Positions 1 to 10,413 of a DNA stretch of 64,000 nt are shown here, piece after piece. The stretch comes from Lytechinus variegatus (Eukaryota), in NCBI RefSeq assembly GCF_018143015.1, contig NC_054742.1, positions 73,449,736-73,513,735 on the forward strand, written 5' to 3'. Position numbers and translations under genes: made by a program. How positions within the stretch are numbered: the first letter of the stretch is position 1; each line of letters opens with the position of its first letter. The notes beneath the pieces are model-generated. The model did not search any database. It saw only the letters and a program-made list of their open reading frames with translations, and was not told the DNA's origin.

Positions 1-2
1 CA

Positions 3-3000
3 CTGAAGAAAGATGATTTGATAACAGTTTGTGATCATTTGGGTGTATCTCTAGCCCCAGGTTTAAAGAAGGCAGAGATAATTGACTTGTTAGCTAGTCA
101 CATGAAGCTTACAGAGGAGTCTGAAATTTCTGTTACTGTTTCAGATGATGCTCAGATTCAACTTGCAAAGTTTGAAATGGAAATGAAAATGAAAGAGAAT
201 GTCGAGAAAGAGAAAATCAAAGAAAACCTTGAGAAGGAAAGAATCAAAGAAAACCTTGAGAAGGAAAGAATCAGAGAAAACATTGAAATGGAGAAAATGA
301 GATTGGAGTACCAGTTAAAGTTGAAAGAAATGGAGTTAGCTCATGCAAATACTAACTCTGCGAAAGATAAATCTCCCCAAGGCTTTGATGTGGCGAAAAA
401 CATTCGCCTTGTGCCAAAATTTGATGAAGAGGGAGTTGATACATATTTTGTGTCATTTGAAAAAGTGGCCAAGAGACTGAATTGGCCCGAGGAATACTGG
501 ACTCTTCTCCTCCAAAGTGTTTTCGTTGGAAAGGCTGCAAAAGTCTATTCTTCACTCTCTGAAACGCAATCATGTGACTATGCTACAGTAAAAGAAACAA
601 TTCTCAATGCATATGAGTTGGTACCAGAAGCGTACAGACATAAATTTAGGAACATGCAAAGACAATCAGGCCAGACGTATGTTGAATTTGCTAGGGAACA
701 AGAAATGATGTTCGATAAGTGGTACAGATCACTGAAAGTTGACAAAGATTTTGTTCACCTTAGGGAAGTTGTCCTCCTAGAAGAATTCAAAAAGAGTCTT
801 CCTTTTGGCATTAAATCTCACTTAGATGACCATAGAGTTACTGAAGTCAGTAAAGCAGCCATAGTAGCTGATGAATTTGAGGTCACACATAAAGGTAGTG
901 GAGATAGGCCTCCTTTCAAGAATTATTGGAAAAAGAAAGGTAAAGGGTCATTTGAATCCCACAATAAACCTAGTGAGGGAAAATATGCAAGCAAGGATAA
1001 AGACACTAACAAGAATCAGGCTAGTGCGGGCACAGAATCAACCAAAAGGTCTGAGAGTCGTAGTTCCAAAATTTGTACTCATTGTCATAAATCGGGACAT
1101 TTGAAAGAATCATGTTGGAAATTGGTTGGAATGCCAACCAAAACTAAGAAAGACATGGGTTTTGTCAAGCAAACAAGTGTTCCCTCGATGGAGTTTGTTC
1201 CATCAGAGCCCAATCAAGATGTTGAGAGTGTTTCTCTGGTATTTGCTGATAAAGTCAAACAGGTTGATGAAACTTTTAGAAGTTTTTTGCATGATGGTGA
1301 AGTATCCCCTTGTTCGACTGGTGCTGCTGGTAGGTCAGTGGTGATCCTTAGGGATACAGGGGCTGCACAGTCCCTGATGGTGCCAGGTGATTCGGCTCTT
1401 CCTCCGGAGAGTTCAGAGAATGCCAACGTCTTAGTTCAAGGTATTGGCCCAAATTTCATGTCGGTTCCTTTGCATAAGGTCGACTTAAAGTGTGACCTAG
1501 TTAGTGGTCCTGTGACTGTTGGTGTCGTTCCAGAATTACCCATGAAAGGTGTTGATTTCTTGTTAGGTAACGACTTGGCTGGAGATAAAGTTGTTGCATC
1601 TCCAGTGGTTTCGGAAAAGCCCGTTGAGGTAGCTGAAACTGAATTGTTGCAGGAAGATTTTCCAGGGATTTTCCCGGATTGTGTTGTTACTAGGTCTCAG
1701 ACTCGTAGAGCTGAAAAGGATGATGCGGAATCTGCTGATGTAGAGGAGAGTACTGATGTCTGGTTAGCTGAAACCTTTTTCAAGGATTTGAATGGGGATA
1801 GTGTTGAAGGCTCTGTTGCTAACAATGATAGTTTGTTTAGTAAATCCTCCCTTGTACAGGCACAACAGGCAGACCCAGAATTAAAAAGCTTGTCACAGAA
1901 AGCATGTTCTGAGGCTGAGGCTGATAAGGTTCCTGAGTGCTTTTATGTCAAAGATGACATTTTGATGAGGAAATGGAGACCTCCCCGGAGACCAGCTGAT
2001 GAAGATTGGTGTATAATTCACCAGGTTGTAGTTCCTCCTTGTTACCGCACAGATATTCTGAAAATGGCTCATGAGTTACCTATGGCAGGTCATGTCGGTA
2101 TTCGGAAGACAGAAGATAGAATTATGAGGCATTTCTATTGGCCTAAGATGCACAAAGATGTTGTGCATTTCTGTAAGACATGTCACACATGTCAGATTAT
2201 TGGTAAGGCACAGCCTTCTATCAAGCCTGCTCCATTGATACCCATTCCTGCATTTGATGAACCTTTTACTAGGGTTCTTGTTGATTGTGTCGGACCCTTA
2301 CCCAGAACGAGGTCGGGTCACAGATTTCTCCTGACGATTATGGACTTGTCTACACGGTTTCCAGAGGCGATACCTTTGAGGAGTATCACTGCGAAGACAG
2401 TGGTGCAGGCGTTAGTGCAGTTTTTCACTAGGTACGGTCTGCCGAAGGAAATTCAATCTGATCAAGGGTCAAATTTCATGTCAGGAATATTTCAGCAAGT
2501 TATGAAGGAGTTGGGAATAAAGCAGATTAAGTCCTCTGCTTATCACCCACAGTCCCAAGGAGCGTTAGAACGCTATCATCAGACTTTGAAGACCATGATT
2601 AGGGCTTATTGTGAAGACTATCCCGATGACTGGGATAAAGGGATCTCATTCCTACTGTTTGCAACTAGGGATTCCCCGAATGAGTCCACAGGTTTCAGTC
2701 CATTTGAATTGGTCTATGGTCATGAGGTTAGGGGTCCCCTAAAGCTTATCAAAGAGAGGTTTATGGTTCAGAATGATGATGTAAACCTTCTAGACTATGT
2801 GTCAAAGTTTAGAGAAAGGCTCTCAAAAGCTTGTGATGTGGCTAAGGAACACTTGAAAGAGTCGCAGGGAAAAATGAAAGCTCAAGCTGACAAAAATGCA
2901 AAAGAGCGAAGTTTCAAGCCTGGAGACAAAGTGTTAGTGTTGTTGCCTTTGCAAGGTGAGCCCTTGAAAGCTAGGTTTAGTGGTCCCTACATAGTCAAAA

Positions 3001-4655
3001 AGAAATTGAATGATGTCAACTATGTGATCAGTACCCCTGATCGAAGAAAGTCTCAAAGAGTTTGTCATGTAAACATGTTGAAAGAATACTTTGAGCGAGA
3101 GGCTAGTCAGCCAATAGGTACAACACAGGTCAAAGAAGAAGAAAAACATGTAAATGTACATGAAGAAGAATGTTATGGAAAGACAGATAATGAATTGTCT
3201 TATACAGATGTATCCAAGAACGAACCATGTGGTATAAAGTTATCTAACTCAGAGATGTTAGGAAACATGGATGAGGCATTAAAACACCTGCCTGAAGATC
3301 AAAGAAATGATATATCTGGCCTGTTAAGAGAATATGAGAATGTATGTAAAGACAAACCAGGTCGTACACCTTTAACTGTACATGATGTAGACGTAGGTGA
3401 TGTAAGACCTATCAAACAGAATCCTTATAGGCTCAATCCAAGCAAGTTGGAAATGGTGAATAAGGAAATACAGTTTATGTTAGATAATGACATAATCGAA
3501 CCGAGTCAGAGTAGTTGGAGTTCTCCCATTGTAATGGTTCCAAAGCCAGACGGCTCTCAGAGATTTTGCATTGATTACCGGAAGGTAAATGCAGTAACTA
3601 AGACTGACTCGTATCCAATTCCTAGGTTAGAAGATTGTATTGATAGGGTTGGAAATTCTGCCTATATCACAAAGATAGACTTGCTTAAAGGATATTGGCA
3701 AGTGCCACTGACTGACCGAGCCAAAGAGATATCAGCCTTTGTCACACCTGAAGGCTTGTTTCAATGCAAAGTCATGCCTTTTGGAATGAAAAATGCACCA
3801 GCAACCTTCCAAAGGTTGACAAATCAAGTGATTGCCGGACTTGACAATTGTGTCGTATACATAGACGACATCCTAGTATACAGTGATACTTGGAATGATC
3901 ATCTGAATCATTTGCGAGCACTGTTTGACAGGCTGGACAAAGCCAATCTAGTAGTGAATCTGATGAAGAGTGAATTTGCCAAGGCAAAAGTCACATATCT
4001 TGGTCATGTGGTTGGTCAAGGGCAAGTGCTACCAAGAGAAGCCAAGATACAAGCTATCTTAGACTTCCCAATTCCCACAACTAAGAAAGAATTGCTCAGA
4101 TTCTTAGGTATGAGTGGCTTCTACAGGAAATTTGTTCAAAATTTCAGTACTGTGGTTAGTCCTCTGACAAACCTGCTGAAGGCAAAAGTGAAGTATGTTT
4201 GGTCTGACGAATGTCAAAGATCATTTGAGAAATTAAAGGCCATTTTGGTGAATGAGCCTGTTTTGGCAGCTCCAAACTTCACAAAGCCATTCAAAGTAGC
4301 TATTGATGCATGTGATGTTGGAGTAGGAGCAGTATTGCTCCAAGAAGATGAAGAAGGCATCGAAAAACCAGTGTGCTACTTCTCTAAGAAACTCAATCGG
4401 TTTCAAAAGAAATACTCAACTATTGAAAAAGAGGCCCTGAGTCTCGTACTAGCCCTTCAGCAGTTTGAGGTGTATCTAACCAATGGAGAGATTACAGTCT
4501 ATACAGATCACAATCCTCTTGTGTTTTTGGAGAAATTCAAAACAAAGAATCAAAGACTGTATAGATGGAGCCTAATGCTCCAACCATTCCCTTTGAAAAT
4601 TGTACACATAAAGGGAAAGAATAATGTAATTGCTGATGCTCTATCAAGAGTATAA
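3..4655 (+). CDS. Gag-Pol polyprotein (partial at 5' end, otherwise uninterrupted 1545 codons, stop TAA 4653-4655)
   Basis: Supplied ORF 18..4655 (the ORF caller used TTG as start; the frame is open from nt 3). Motifs read directly from the translation: CX2CX4HX4C knuckle; LRDTGAA protease; H-X6-H-X26-C-X2-C zinc finger followed by D756..D815..E851 (spacing D,D35E) and a GPY motif; RT with KIDLLKGYWQ and YIDD; RNase H with AIDAC...TIEKEAL...YTDHNP...VIADALSR. Confidence 0.92.
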   Translation: MKKDDLITVCDHLGVSLAPGLKKAEIIDLLASHMKLTEESEISVTVSDDAQIQLAKFEMEMKMKENVEKEKIKENLEKERIKENLEKERIRENIEMEKMRLEYQLKLKEMELAHANTNSAKDKSPQGFDVAKNIRLVPKFDEEGVDTYFVSFEKVAKRLNWPEEYWTLLLQSVFVGKAAKVYSSLSETQSCDYATVKETILNAYELVPEAYRHKFRNMQRQSGQTYVEFAREQEMMFDKWYRSLKVDKDFVHLREVVLLEEFKKSLPFGIKSHLDDHRVTEVSKAAIVADEFEVTHKGSGDRPPFKNYWKKKGKGSFESHNKPSEGKYASKDKDTNKNQASAGTESTKRSESRSSKICTHCHKSGHLKESCWKLVGMPTKTKKDMGFVKQTSVPSMEFVPSEPNQDVESVSLVFADKVKQVDETFRSFLHDGEVSPCSTGAAGRSVVILRDTGAAQSLMVPGDSALPPESSENANVLVQGIGPNFMSVPLHKVDLKCDLVSGPVTVGVVPELPMKGVDFLLGNDLAGDKVVASPVVSEKPVEVAETELLQEDFPGIFPDCVVTRSQTRRAEKDDAESADVEESTDVWLAETFFKDLNGDSVEGSVANNDSLFSKSSLVQAQQADPELKSLSQKACSEAEADKVPECFYVKDDILMRKWRPPRRPADEDWCIIHQVVVPPCYRTDILKMAHELPMAGHVGIRKTEDRIMRHFYWPKMHKDVVHFCKTCHTCQIIGKAQPSIKPAPLIPIPAFDEPFTRVLVDCVGPLPRTRSGHRFLLTIMDLSTRFPEAIPLRSITAKTVVQALVQFFTRYGLPKEIQSDQGSNFMSGIFQQVMKELGIKQIKSSAYHPQSQGALERYHQTLKTMIRAYCEDYPDDWDKGISFLLFATRDSPNESTGFSPFELVYGHEVRGPLKLIKERFMVQNDDVNLLDYVSKFRERLSKACDVAKEHLKESQGKMKAQADKNAKERSFKPGDKVLVLLPLQGEPLKARFSGPYIVKKKLNDVNYVISTPDRRKSQRVCHVNMLKEYFEREASQPIGTTQVKEEEKHVNVHEEECYGKTDNELSYTDVSKNEPCGIKLSNSEMLGNMDEALKHLPEDQRNDISGLLREYENVCKDKPGRTPLTVHDVDVGDVRPIKQNPYRLNPSKLEMVNKEIQFMLDNDIIEPSQSSWSSPIVMVPKPDGSQRFCIDYRKVNAVTKTDSYPIPRLEDCIDRVGNSAYITKIDLLKGYWQVPLTDRAKEISAFVTPEGLFQCKVMPFGMKNAPATFQRLTNQVIAGLDNCVVYIDDILVYSDTWNDHLNHLRALFDRLDKANLVVNLMKSEFAKAKVTYLGHVVGQGQVLPREAKIQAILDFPIPTTKKELLRFLGMSGFYRKFVQNFSTVVSPLTNLLKAKVKYVWSDECQRSFEKLKAILVNEPVLAAPNFTKPFKVAIDACDVGVGAVLLQEDEEGIEKPVCYFSKKLNRFQKKYSTIEKEALSLVLALQQFEVYLTNGEITVYTDHNPLVFLEKFKTKNQRLYRWSLMLQPFPLKIVHIKGKNNVIADALSRV
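215..280 (+). repeat. 45-bp in-frame tandem duplication inside gag (KENLEKERI x2, coiled-coil region)
   Basis: atcaaagaaaaccttgagaaggaaagaatca is repeated twice back to back. Confidence 0.7.
1074..1115 (+). other. Gag CCHC zinc knuckle (CTHCHKSGHLKESC)
   Basis: aa 353-366 of the ORF; canonical retroviral nucleocapsid CX2CX4HX4C. Confidence 0.85.
1290..1592 (+). other. Aspartic protease domain (catalytic DTG at 1353-1361)
   Basis: VVILRDTGAAQSLM motif at aa 441-454, followed by the characteristic GIG..LLG.D pattern. Confidence 0.8.
2055..3047 (+). other. Integrase (HHCC zinc finger 2070-2183; DDE core D at 2283, D at 2460, E at 2568; GPY at 2982-2990)
   Basis: H685,H692,C719,C722; D756, D815, E851 with 35-residue D-E spacing; FSGPY module. 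The integrase lies upstream of RT, which is the Gmr1-type arrangement. Confidence 0.85.
3360..4052 (+). other. Reverse transcriptase domain (YIDD at 3858-3869)
   Basis: PIPRLEDCIDRVGNSAYITKIDLLKGYWQVPL, FQCKVMPFGMKNAPATFQRL, YIDDILVYS and a TYLGH-type box - gypsy/retrovirus-like RT motifs. Confidence 0.85.
4290..4652 (+). other. RNase H domain
   Basis: D1430 (AIDAC), E1472 (TIEKEAL), D1497 (YTDHNP), D1540 (NVIADALSR). Confidence 0.8.
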
Positions 4656-4865
4656 AAAGTGAAATTATTCATGATTTTGACCAAGTGTGTCATTTGAAGA
4701 AAACATCTTTGATGTTCATTTATTTTAACATGTTCGTTAAGTACTATATTTTTGTACACGATAAATGTAAATGATTTATCAAGATGACTTTGAACAGTTA
4801 AAAGAAAAAGTAATCTTAAAGAAACCTTTACTACGGTAAAGCTTTCTTTTCTCCGGTGGGGGAGG

Positions 4866-5740
4866 TGTTACATATAAGAATAATTTTAGAAGAATTGTAA
4901 AAGCAATTACATTCATCTATTAGTTATTTCCCTTTAAGGTTAGCCAAGAATTGTAAAGAACATTCAAGAATGTCTTTTTATTATGCAGGCCTTGCCTATT
5001 TAAAGGCCAAGGAGTTGTATTGTTATTTCTGAATAGAGATTAGGAACAATAGGCTTAGCTATGTTATTGACACTCTTGATTTCAATGAGGTCATTCAAGA
5101 GTGTTCTGGATTTTGACTGCTCCTGAAAGGAGAAAGTTCTTTTGGAAGAAGGTGCTAGAACCTTCTATGGTGGTGACATTTTTTAGAAGCTTCTAGATTA
5201 GTTGAAACTTAGTATAAATAGCTGCAGTTTCTTTAATCACATCATCACACCATCACATCATATGAGAGCAGGAGATCACATCACATCATATGAGATCACT
5301 TCACCAGATCAGATCAGAGCAGTTTATGCCCACCATCAATGAACTGTTTGCAGTTATTTTGAGAGAGAAATTATCAGTTCTCATCAACAACATCAACCTG
5401 TTCAATGAACACGTTTCAACCCATGGATTGCTGAAATTAACTGTTAATCATCATCAACATCGTCTTCACGGACATTTCAACTCGTTACAGTGACTTTTAT
5501 TATTCATCGGACTTCAACATCAGTTTCATCATCGCCATCATCAATAAGGAATCTTCCCAGCCTACCTGGAATATATATATTGGACTATAACAGTGAACTA
5601 TAACCCTGGATTGTACATCGGACACTTCAAGAGATTTATGTAAGATCATTATTTGTTTTATTTATGTATAATTATTTCCTGTAATAAAAAAAAAGGAAAT
5701 TAAACTTTATGCATCAATTTCTTGATTGTTATTTGTTGCA
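4866..5740 (+). repeat. Candidate 3' LTR (boundaries uncertain; the 5' LTR is not in the window for comparison)
   Basis: A PPT-like ggtgggggagg lies immediately upstream of TG at 4866. A TATA-like tataaatag sits at 5214-5222, AATAAA at 5683-5688, and a ...tgca end at 5737-5740. (CA/ATC)n-like simple repeats at 5225-5300 would fall inside it. Confidence 0.25.
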
Positions 5741-5879
5741 GTATCGTAACAGCATGATCCTGGGGTGGTTTGGGCCATCATTCCCGCATATCAATGAAAT
5801 TTTTTAAAACATCAACAATTGAAAGATCATGGTAAAATGAGACACCTTAAACAACTTGAGAAAGATTATTTAAACACGT

Positions 5880-5920
5880 CTTGTGTGGATGTGTTGTGTG
5901 TGTGTGTAACTTCCTTAGTT
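5880..5920. repeat. (GT)n-rich microsatellite
   Basis: gtgtggatgtgttgtgtgtgtgtgtaac. Confidence 0.8.
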
Positions 5921-7093
5921 GTTTAAAAATGTGAACTACGCCGAAACACTCCACCTTTCAACCCCTTCAGAGAGAAAATATGATAAACGGAAACCAAATA
6001 TCAAGCATGTCTGTGTCGTTGCAGACATTCTTGATTTACCGAGTGAAATATATAGCTGAAGGCACTCTCTTGTGGAGTGTATAAAGACAATAAAAAAATC
6101 ATGTTCAAGAATAAGTGTCTTCCCGAACCGCCTTGTCGTGTTATAAATTAAAGTACATACCGGTCGTTTGTATTGCAAAGTGGCGCCCGTTTTTTGCTCT
6201 TATCAGTATCCGCAGAGGTTATCCTGCTCTTTCATCTGTACATACAGAGCTTGAATCAGTCTCCGTGCTTCGAACATTTCGAATCTCTTTTTTTCTCAAC
6301 AGGGCTTAACTCGAAGGGGTAAGAGTGAACCACACGTGACTCTGCACTCACGTGGCACGTCGGGGAGTCGTCATTTTACGTTGTAATTACGAGTGGATTT
6401 TAGGGTTGGTGAAAAATAGATTTAGTCCGTCCCCAGAACCATTATGATGCGCATAATTTTTTCCCGAGCTCAACCGCCAAATTAGGTTTTTATCTCTTTT
6501 GTTAAAAAGTTTTGATGATGAAATACGATTCTTGGGCATAAGGAGGAAAAGGCGGTCGAGGGATTTCCAATTTTCGAGAGAAATTTTGACTTTCCTTTGA
6601 GATTTGTTTTGATCCCTTTGGTATAATTAATGTTTGTTGAGCAAAAAGTGTTTCGGGAAAAGCCTGGACCACTGTACTATAGGCATGCAGATTTTTTCAT
6701 TATGATTTTATTGCTTCATGGCATCAGCCCTTAAAAGTTATTATCTATAGACAAACAAGAAGGAAACAAAACAAACTTGAAATTTCCATTGAGTGCTTGA
6801 AGGGGGATTGTGTTTCCTCATATTTACTTCAGATAATTTAATCAAAACTAAATTTCTGAAGGTACAGTGTATTAACGTTCCTTTTTAGATAGCATGCAAT
6901 TACGTTTTGTTTTTTGTATTTCTTATTCATAAAGAAAGCTTGATAAAAGCTTTGGCTTTTCAAAGGGAAGACACTCTTATTTCCAAGCCAGAGGTATTGA
7001 CTTTCGTGTCCTTTCCCTGGTACCTATTTCATTTACAACTAATGATAACAATATGCAACATTTATATACCACTTAATACAATGCATACTCATG

Positions 7094-7292
7094 CCCCGGC
7101 TTTAGCACGGCTACCGTGATCACGTCTTCCAGCATTCAAGGAATTGCTTTTTACCGGGTACCCATACTACACCTGGGTGGAATGTGGCAAATAGAAATAA
7201 ACGTCTTGTCAAAGGACGCTATATAGTGCCATGGTGGGATTCGATCCAGACCCTGTGGTTCAAAGTCCCTAGACATATCCACTGAGCAATAA
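7094..7292 (-). mobile_element. tRNA-derived SINE copy (diverged subfamily)
   Basis: Shares the core ...acctgggtgg(a/g)(a/g)tg..gcaa.. and a tRNA-like T-arm (ggttcaaagtcc) with the copies at 29272 and 39978. Its tail-side region resembles ...ggacgctatatagtg. Confidence 0.6.
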
Positions 7293-7379
7293 CACTTTTT
7301 TTAATTATTATGAAACTGTTTAAAAAGGTTCTTGTCTCTCCGTTATTAACATGATTAATGGGAGGTGGGGGTGTAGGTT

Positions 7380-7465
7380 GACGTCTGGGTAATGGACTCC
7401 ATTGCCGCGGAGGGATTCGAGCCTATGATTTTGATTACAAGGCAAGAGTCAGATCCGCTACACCT
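7380..7465 (-). pseudogene. tRNA-like fragment (SINE head or tRNA pseudogene)
   Basis: The minus strand reads ...ggctcgaatccctccgcggcaatgg (a T-arm-like GGYTCGAATCC), but no complete cloverleaf can be drawn. Confidence 0.3.
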
Positions 7466-10225
7466 CGCACTTCCACTGAGGTTATTTAATTTAAGAGATT
7501 CCAGAGTTATTAAGACCTTGTTGGGTATAGCTAGAACGTCAGAACTCTGACTTGTTCACAGTTGTGAAGCTGACGTAGAGTCTCAATCGGTGTATCTATT
7601 GAAAATCAGAACCGGGCTAGTTCTGGGAGAATGGGGAGTATACTGCCTGTTTTCAATCTCTATGACCACGAATACTTCGGGCTTTCACTTTCAAGATTCT
7701 TAAAGATACCACGACATTTCCTCTATGAGCGTCAACTGCTCCAAATGAAAAATAAGCTTGTTAAGCAAAATATAAAATCTAACCTCCATAAACCCTAATC
7801 ATTATATTCAGATTATTCTGAACCTAAGAATCTATTACAATCCTAACTCTAACCCTATGCCCTCTGAGATTTCAAGACCGGAGTAAATATCGCAGGAGCT
7901 AATGTCGTGCCACATTACCGTGTGCCTGTAAGCTTCCTTGTCGCTTGTGATTGAATATTCCTCAGTTCCTGCTGGATTTTCCACATGGAATTGAATATAG
8001 ACCTAAGAGGTTCTTGATAAGGGTTGGGCCACCAGAGAAGCAGGTATGTAGTGATAGTTTTGTTTCGTTTTATAAATCTATTTCAGCTATAGTAGGAATG
8101 CCAGCAAAAGAGTGCTGAGTTAGAACCTTAACGGGCAGCCTGATAGTAACTTGCCGATTGATGGCAGATAGACCGTTGGATACATGTCTGAAGTGTTCTG
8201 CCAAATTTCAAGATCCTCTTTGTGATCAGTATACGTTCTCATCTGCACTGGGGAAAGGAAACAGACAAGGTGGGTATAGTACTTAAACAGCTAGACTAAA
8301 GTGGAGTAGCTTTAGAAGTTTTTCATGTCGTTTTGACAAGCATTTCACGTAGCTCCGCCTGTCCACCTTCTTATGCTGCAGTATGCATCTTTCTTGAACT
8401 TCTTGCATTCTTGGACGACCATATGACCCGAGTAGTACACCTGTGGGATTGTGGCAACGAACCTGTAGATTCGCTACGACCCAAATCGTCGCAGGAGCTG
8501 TAACTGTTTGTTCTGGTGGCATCGTGTGAAGTTATCTACTTGCGATTGGTTCTAATTATAGTGAACGAGAGATGTGCACGGTCGGCAGCGTTGGTCCATC
8601 TTTGCCCAGTACCAACGGATGGAGATACATTGGGATGCAGTGTACCGCGTGTTTCACTCTGACCTTGTCGCGCTCCGTAACGGTGAGCAGAATCCACCTT
8701 CCTGTCTTGTGATTTCATCATTGTAGTCCACTGGATCAATGCAAAGGATGACAAGCTCTTAATGAAGCAGTGTACATGGCTGCCGTTGCATACAGACAGC
8801 TTCCAGGATTCATGTGCGAGTGTTATGACGTCGGTTTACACCCGACTGAATCCCTTATAACGACTCTGCTTACAATCAAAGGGCCACCCTATGGTCCATT
8901 GCGACCACCCCAGTCTGTGACGCACAGGCTCTCCTATGGACCTATAGCGAATCACTCCATCGGGTTCAAGCGAGGAATGGCCAATCTGATTATGTCTTAA
9001 TCGTATACGGTCTGGAAAATACAGGACTGTGTAAAGACCATTATGCAGAAATGGGGCTACAACAGGGATGGAGACACTGCCTGCACCTGTGAGAAGAATC
9101 AGACATTCAACTAATTTTGGTCTGTCCCCTTCTGCCATACAGTACCGTGCTCTGCCAAAGATCTGGAGTCTTTTAACCCCAAAAGCCAGATTTTGTACCC
9201 TCCACCGGATAGGACTTCTGCAGTGACCCAATTAGAAGAAAAATGAAAGAGAAGGTCAGAACCACAAACCTGCACCAGTAGCCAAGTTCAGGGGTATGCT
9301 TTGACCATTTAATGGATATACACCTTTTGGCCTAACTACGTAGGGGGGGGGGTGGTCAAAACCTAGCACGCAAGGCTTTCTTCGAACAAGGAACGAATGA
9401 GAAAAGGAGACAGGATGAGAGAAAAGACAGCTTGGGAGGTAGAGGAAGCTTATCTCCTCACTCTGGTAAAGAACGCACCAGCCCATCACCTTCATGGGTA
9501 TGGAATGGGTAATCACTAGCATGACGAGGCCTAGCTCCGGTTCTCAGCTATACTCATACAGTTCCTTGATGCCTACCCAGAATGCAACGTTAATGCCGTC
9601 TTGCTCATTACACTAGATACTAACTAATAATTGTCACTATAGACACTATTAACGAGTCATACCAAAATAATTTACAAGAAAGAACAAAACAAAAAAGATT
9701 CTGGTACGCTTTCAAACTTTTCAGTTGACCTTATGCGTATGAACTCATAATCTCATAGCACCCTCATTCAGAGGATATAGTAAACGGAGTTGTCAGAGAT
9801 GGGTCATCAACACATGCAAGGCAATGGCTTCAGCCTCTAAGATGGCGGCGTGATGATGTAAATGCACATGATCTATATAACCTTCAAACAGCCAGGCCAT
9901 TTATCACAGAGATCACGTTATTTCTATTGCAGTAATGGAAGAATTATCAAGACCATGAATAAAGCACATGGACTTGATGGTCCAGCCTCACCAAAGAGAT
10001 CAACTACAAACCGACCGATGGGATGTCATTGGTGGCTTTTGTCGATATGGAGTTTTACCGGTATGACTGTTACGTTAGGCAGGAGTCCCTTGTTTCATAG
10101 CGCTACTTGGAAGGCATTTCCTGTTCTCTCTCACTGTATTTTGCTACTTTTTTTCTCTTTCCAATGCGCTTAGAAACTGTATTAAGAGCTATATAAATGT
10201 TAAGTATTATTATTAGTAGTAGTAC

Positions 10226-10413
10226 TAGTCTGCGGGCACGCACCCTAGTTTCGCAATTCGCATAGTGCATAATTGCAGAGTCTGAATTAGTGAGACTAGA
10301 CTCACGATGTACTGTGATTGGCTCTTATTTGACACAGAGTCTTTGGAGTCTAGTCTTCACTCTAGACCTGTTATTGGTTGAAGTGCCACATATGGGTCTG
10401 TGCCTGCAGACTA
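10226..10413. mobile_element. MITE with TIR GTCTGC(G/A)GGCAC and TA target-site duplication (Tc1/mariner-like)
   Basis: Left end: ac[ta]gtctgcgggcac. Right end: gtgcctgcagac[ta]act. A solo related end occurs at 58166-58195. Confidence 0.65.

Larger units (their letters stand above)
1..5740 (+). mobile_element. Gmr1-like (Ty3/gypsy class, IN upstream of RT) LTR retrotransposon, 5'-truncated by the window edge; internal region plus candidate 3' LTR
   Basis: A single 4.6-kb ORF encodes Gag zinc knuckle, aspartic protease, HHCC+DDE integrase, RT (YIDD) and RNase H in that order. The frame is open back to nt 3, so the element continues upstream of the window. Downstream there is a purine-rich tract (4853-4865, ggtgggggagg) followed by TG at 4866. 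Confidence 0.85.

Noticed and set aside
352-3987. Minus-strand and alternative-frame ORFs inside the retrotransposon (352-573, 1214-1426, 2934-3161, 3772-3987 and others)
   Set aside because: They are embedded in, and antisense to, or out of frame with, a strongly supported 1545-codon Gag-Pol frame. They are chance ORFs.
6300-6360. cacgtgactctgcactcacgtg palindrome (paired E-box-like CACGTG) as a regulatory site
   Set aside because: This is a single isolated occurrence with no nearby gene or motif cluster in the window. I noted it but cannot interpret it.
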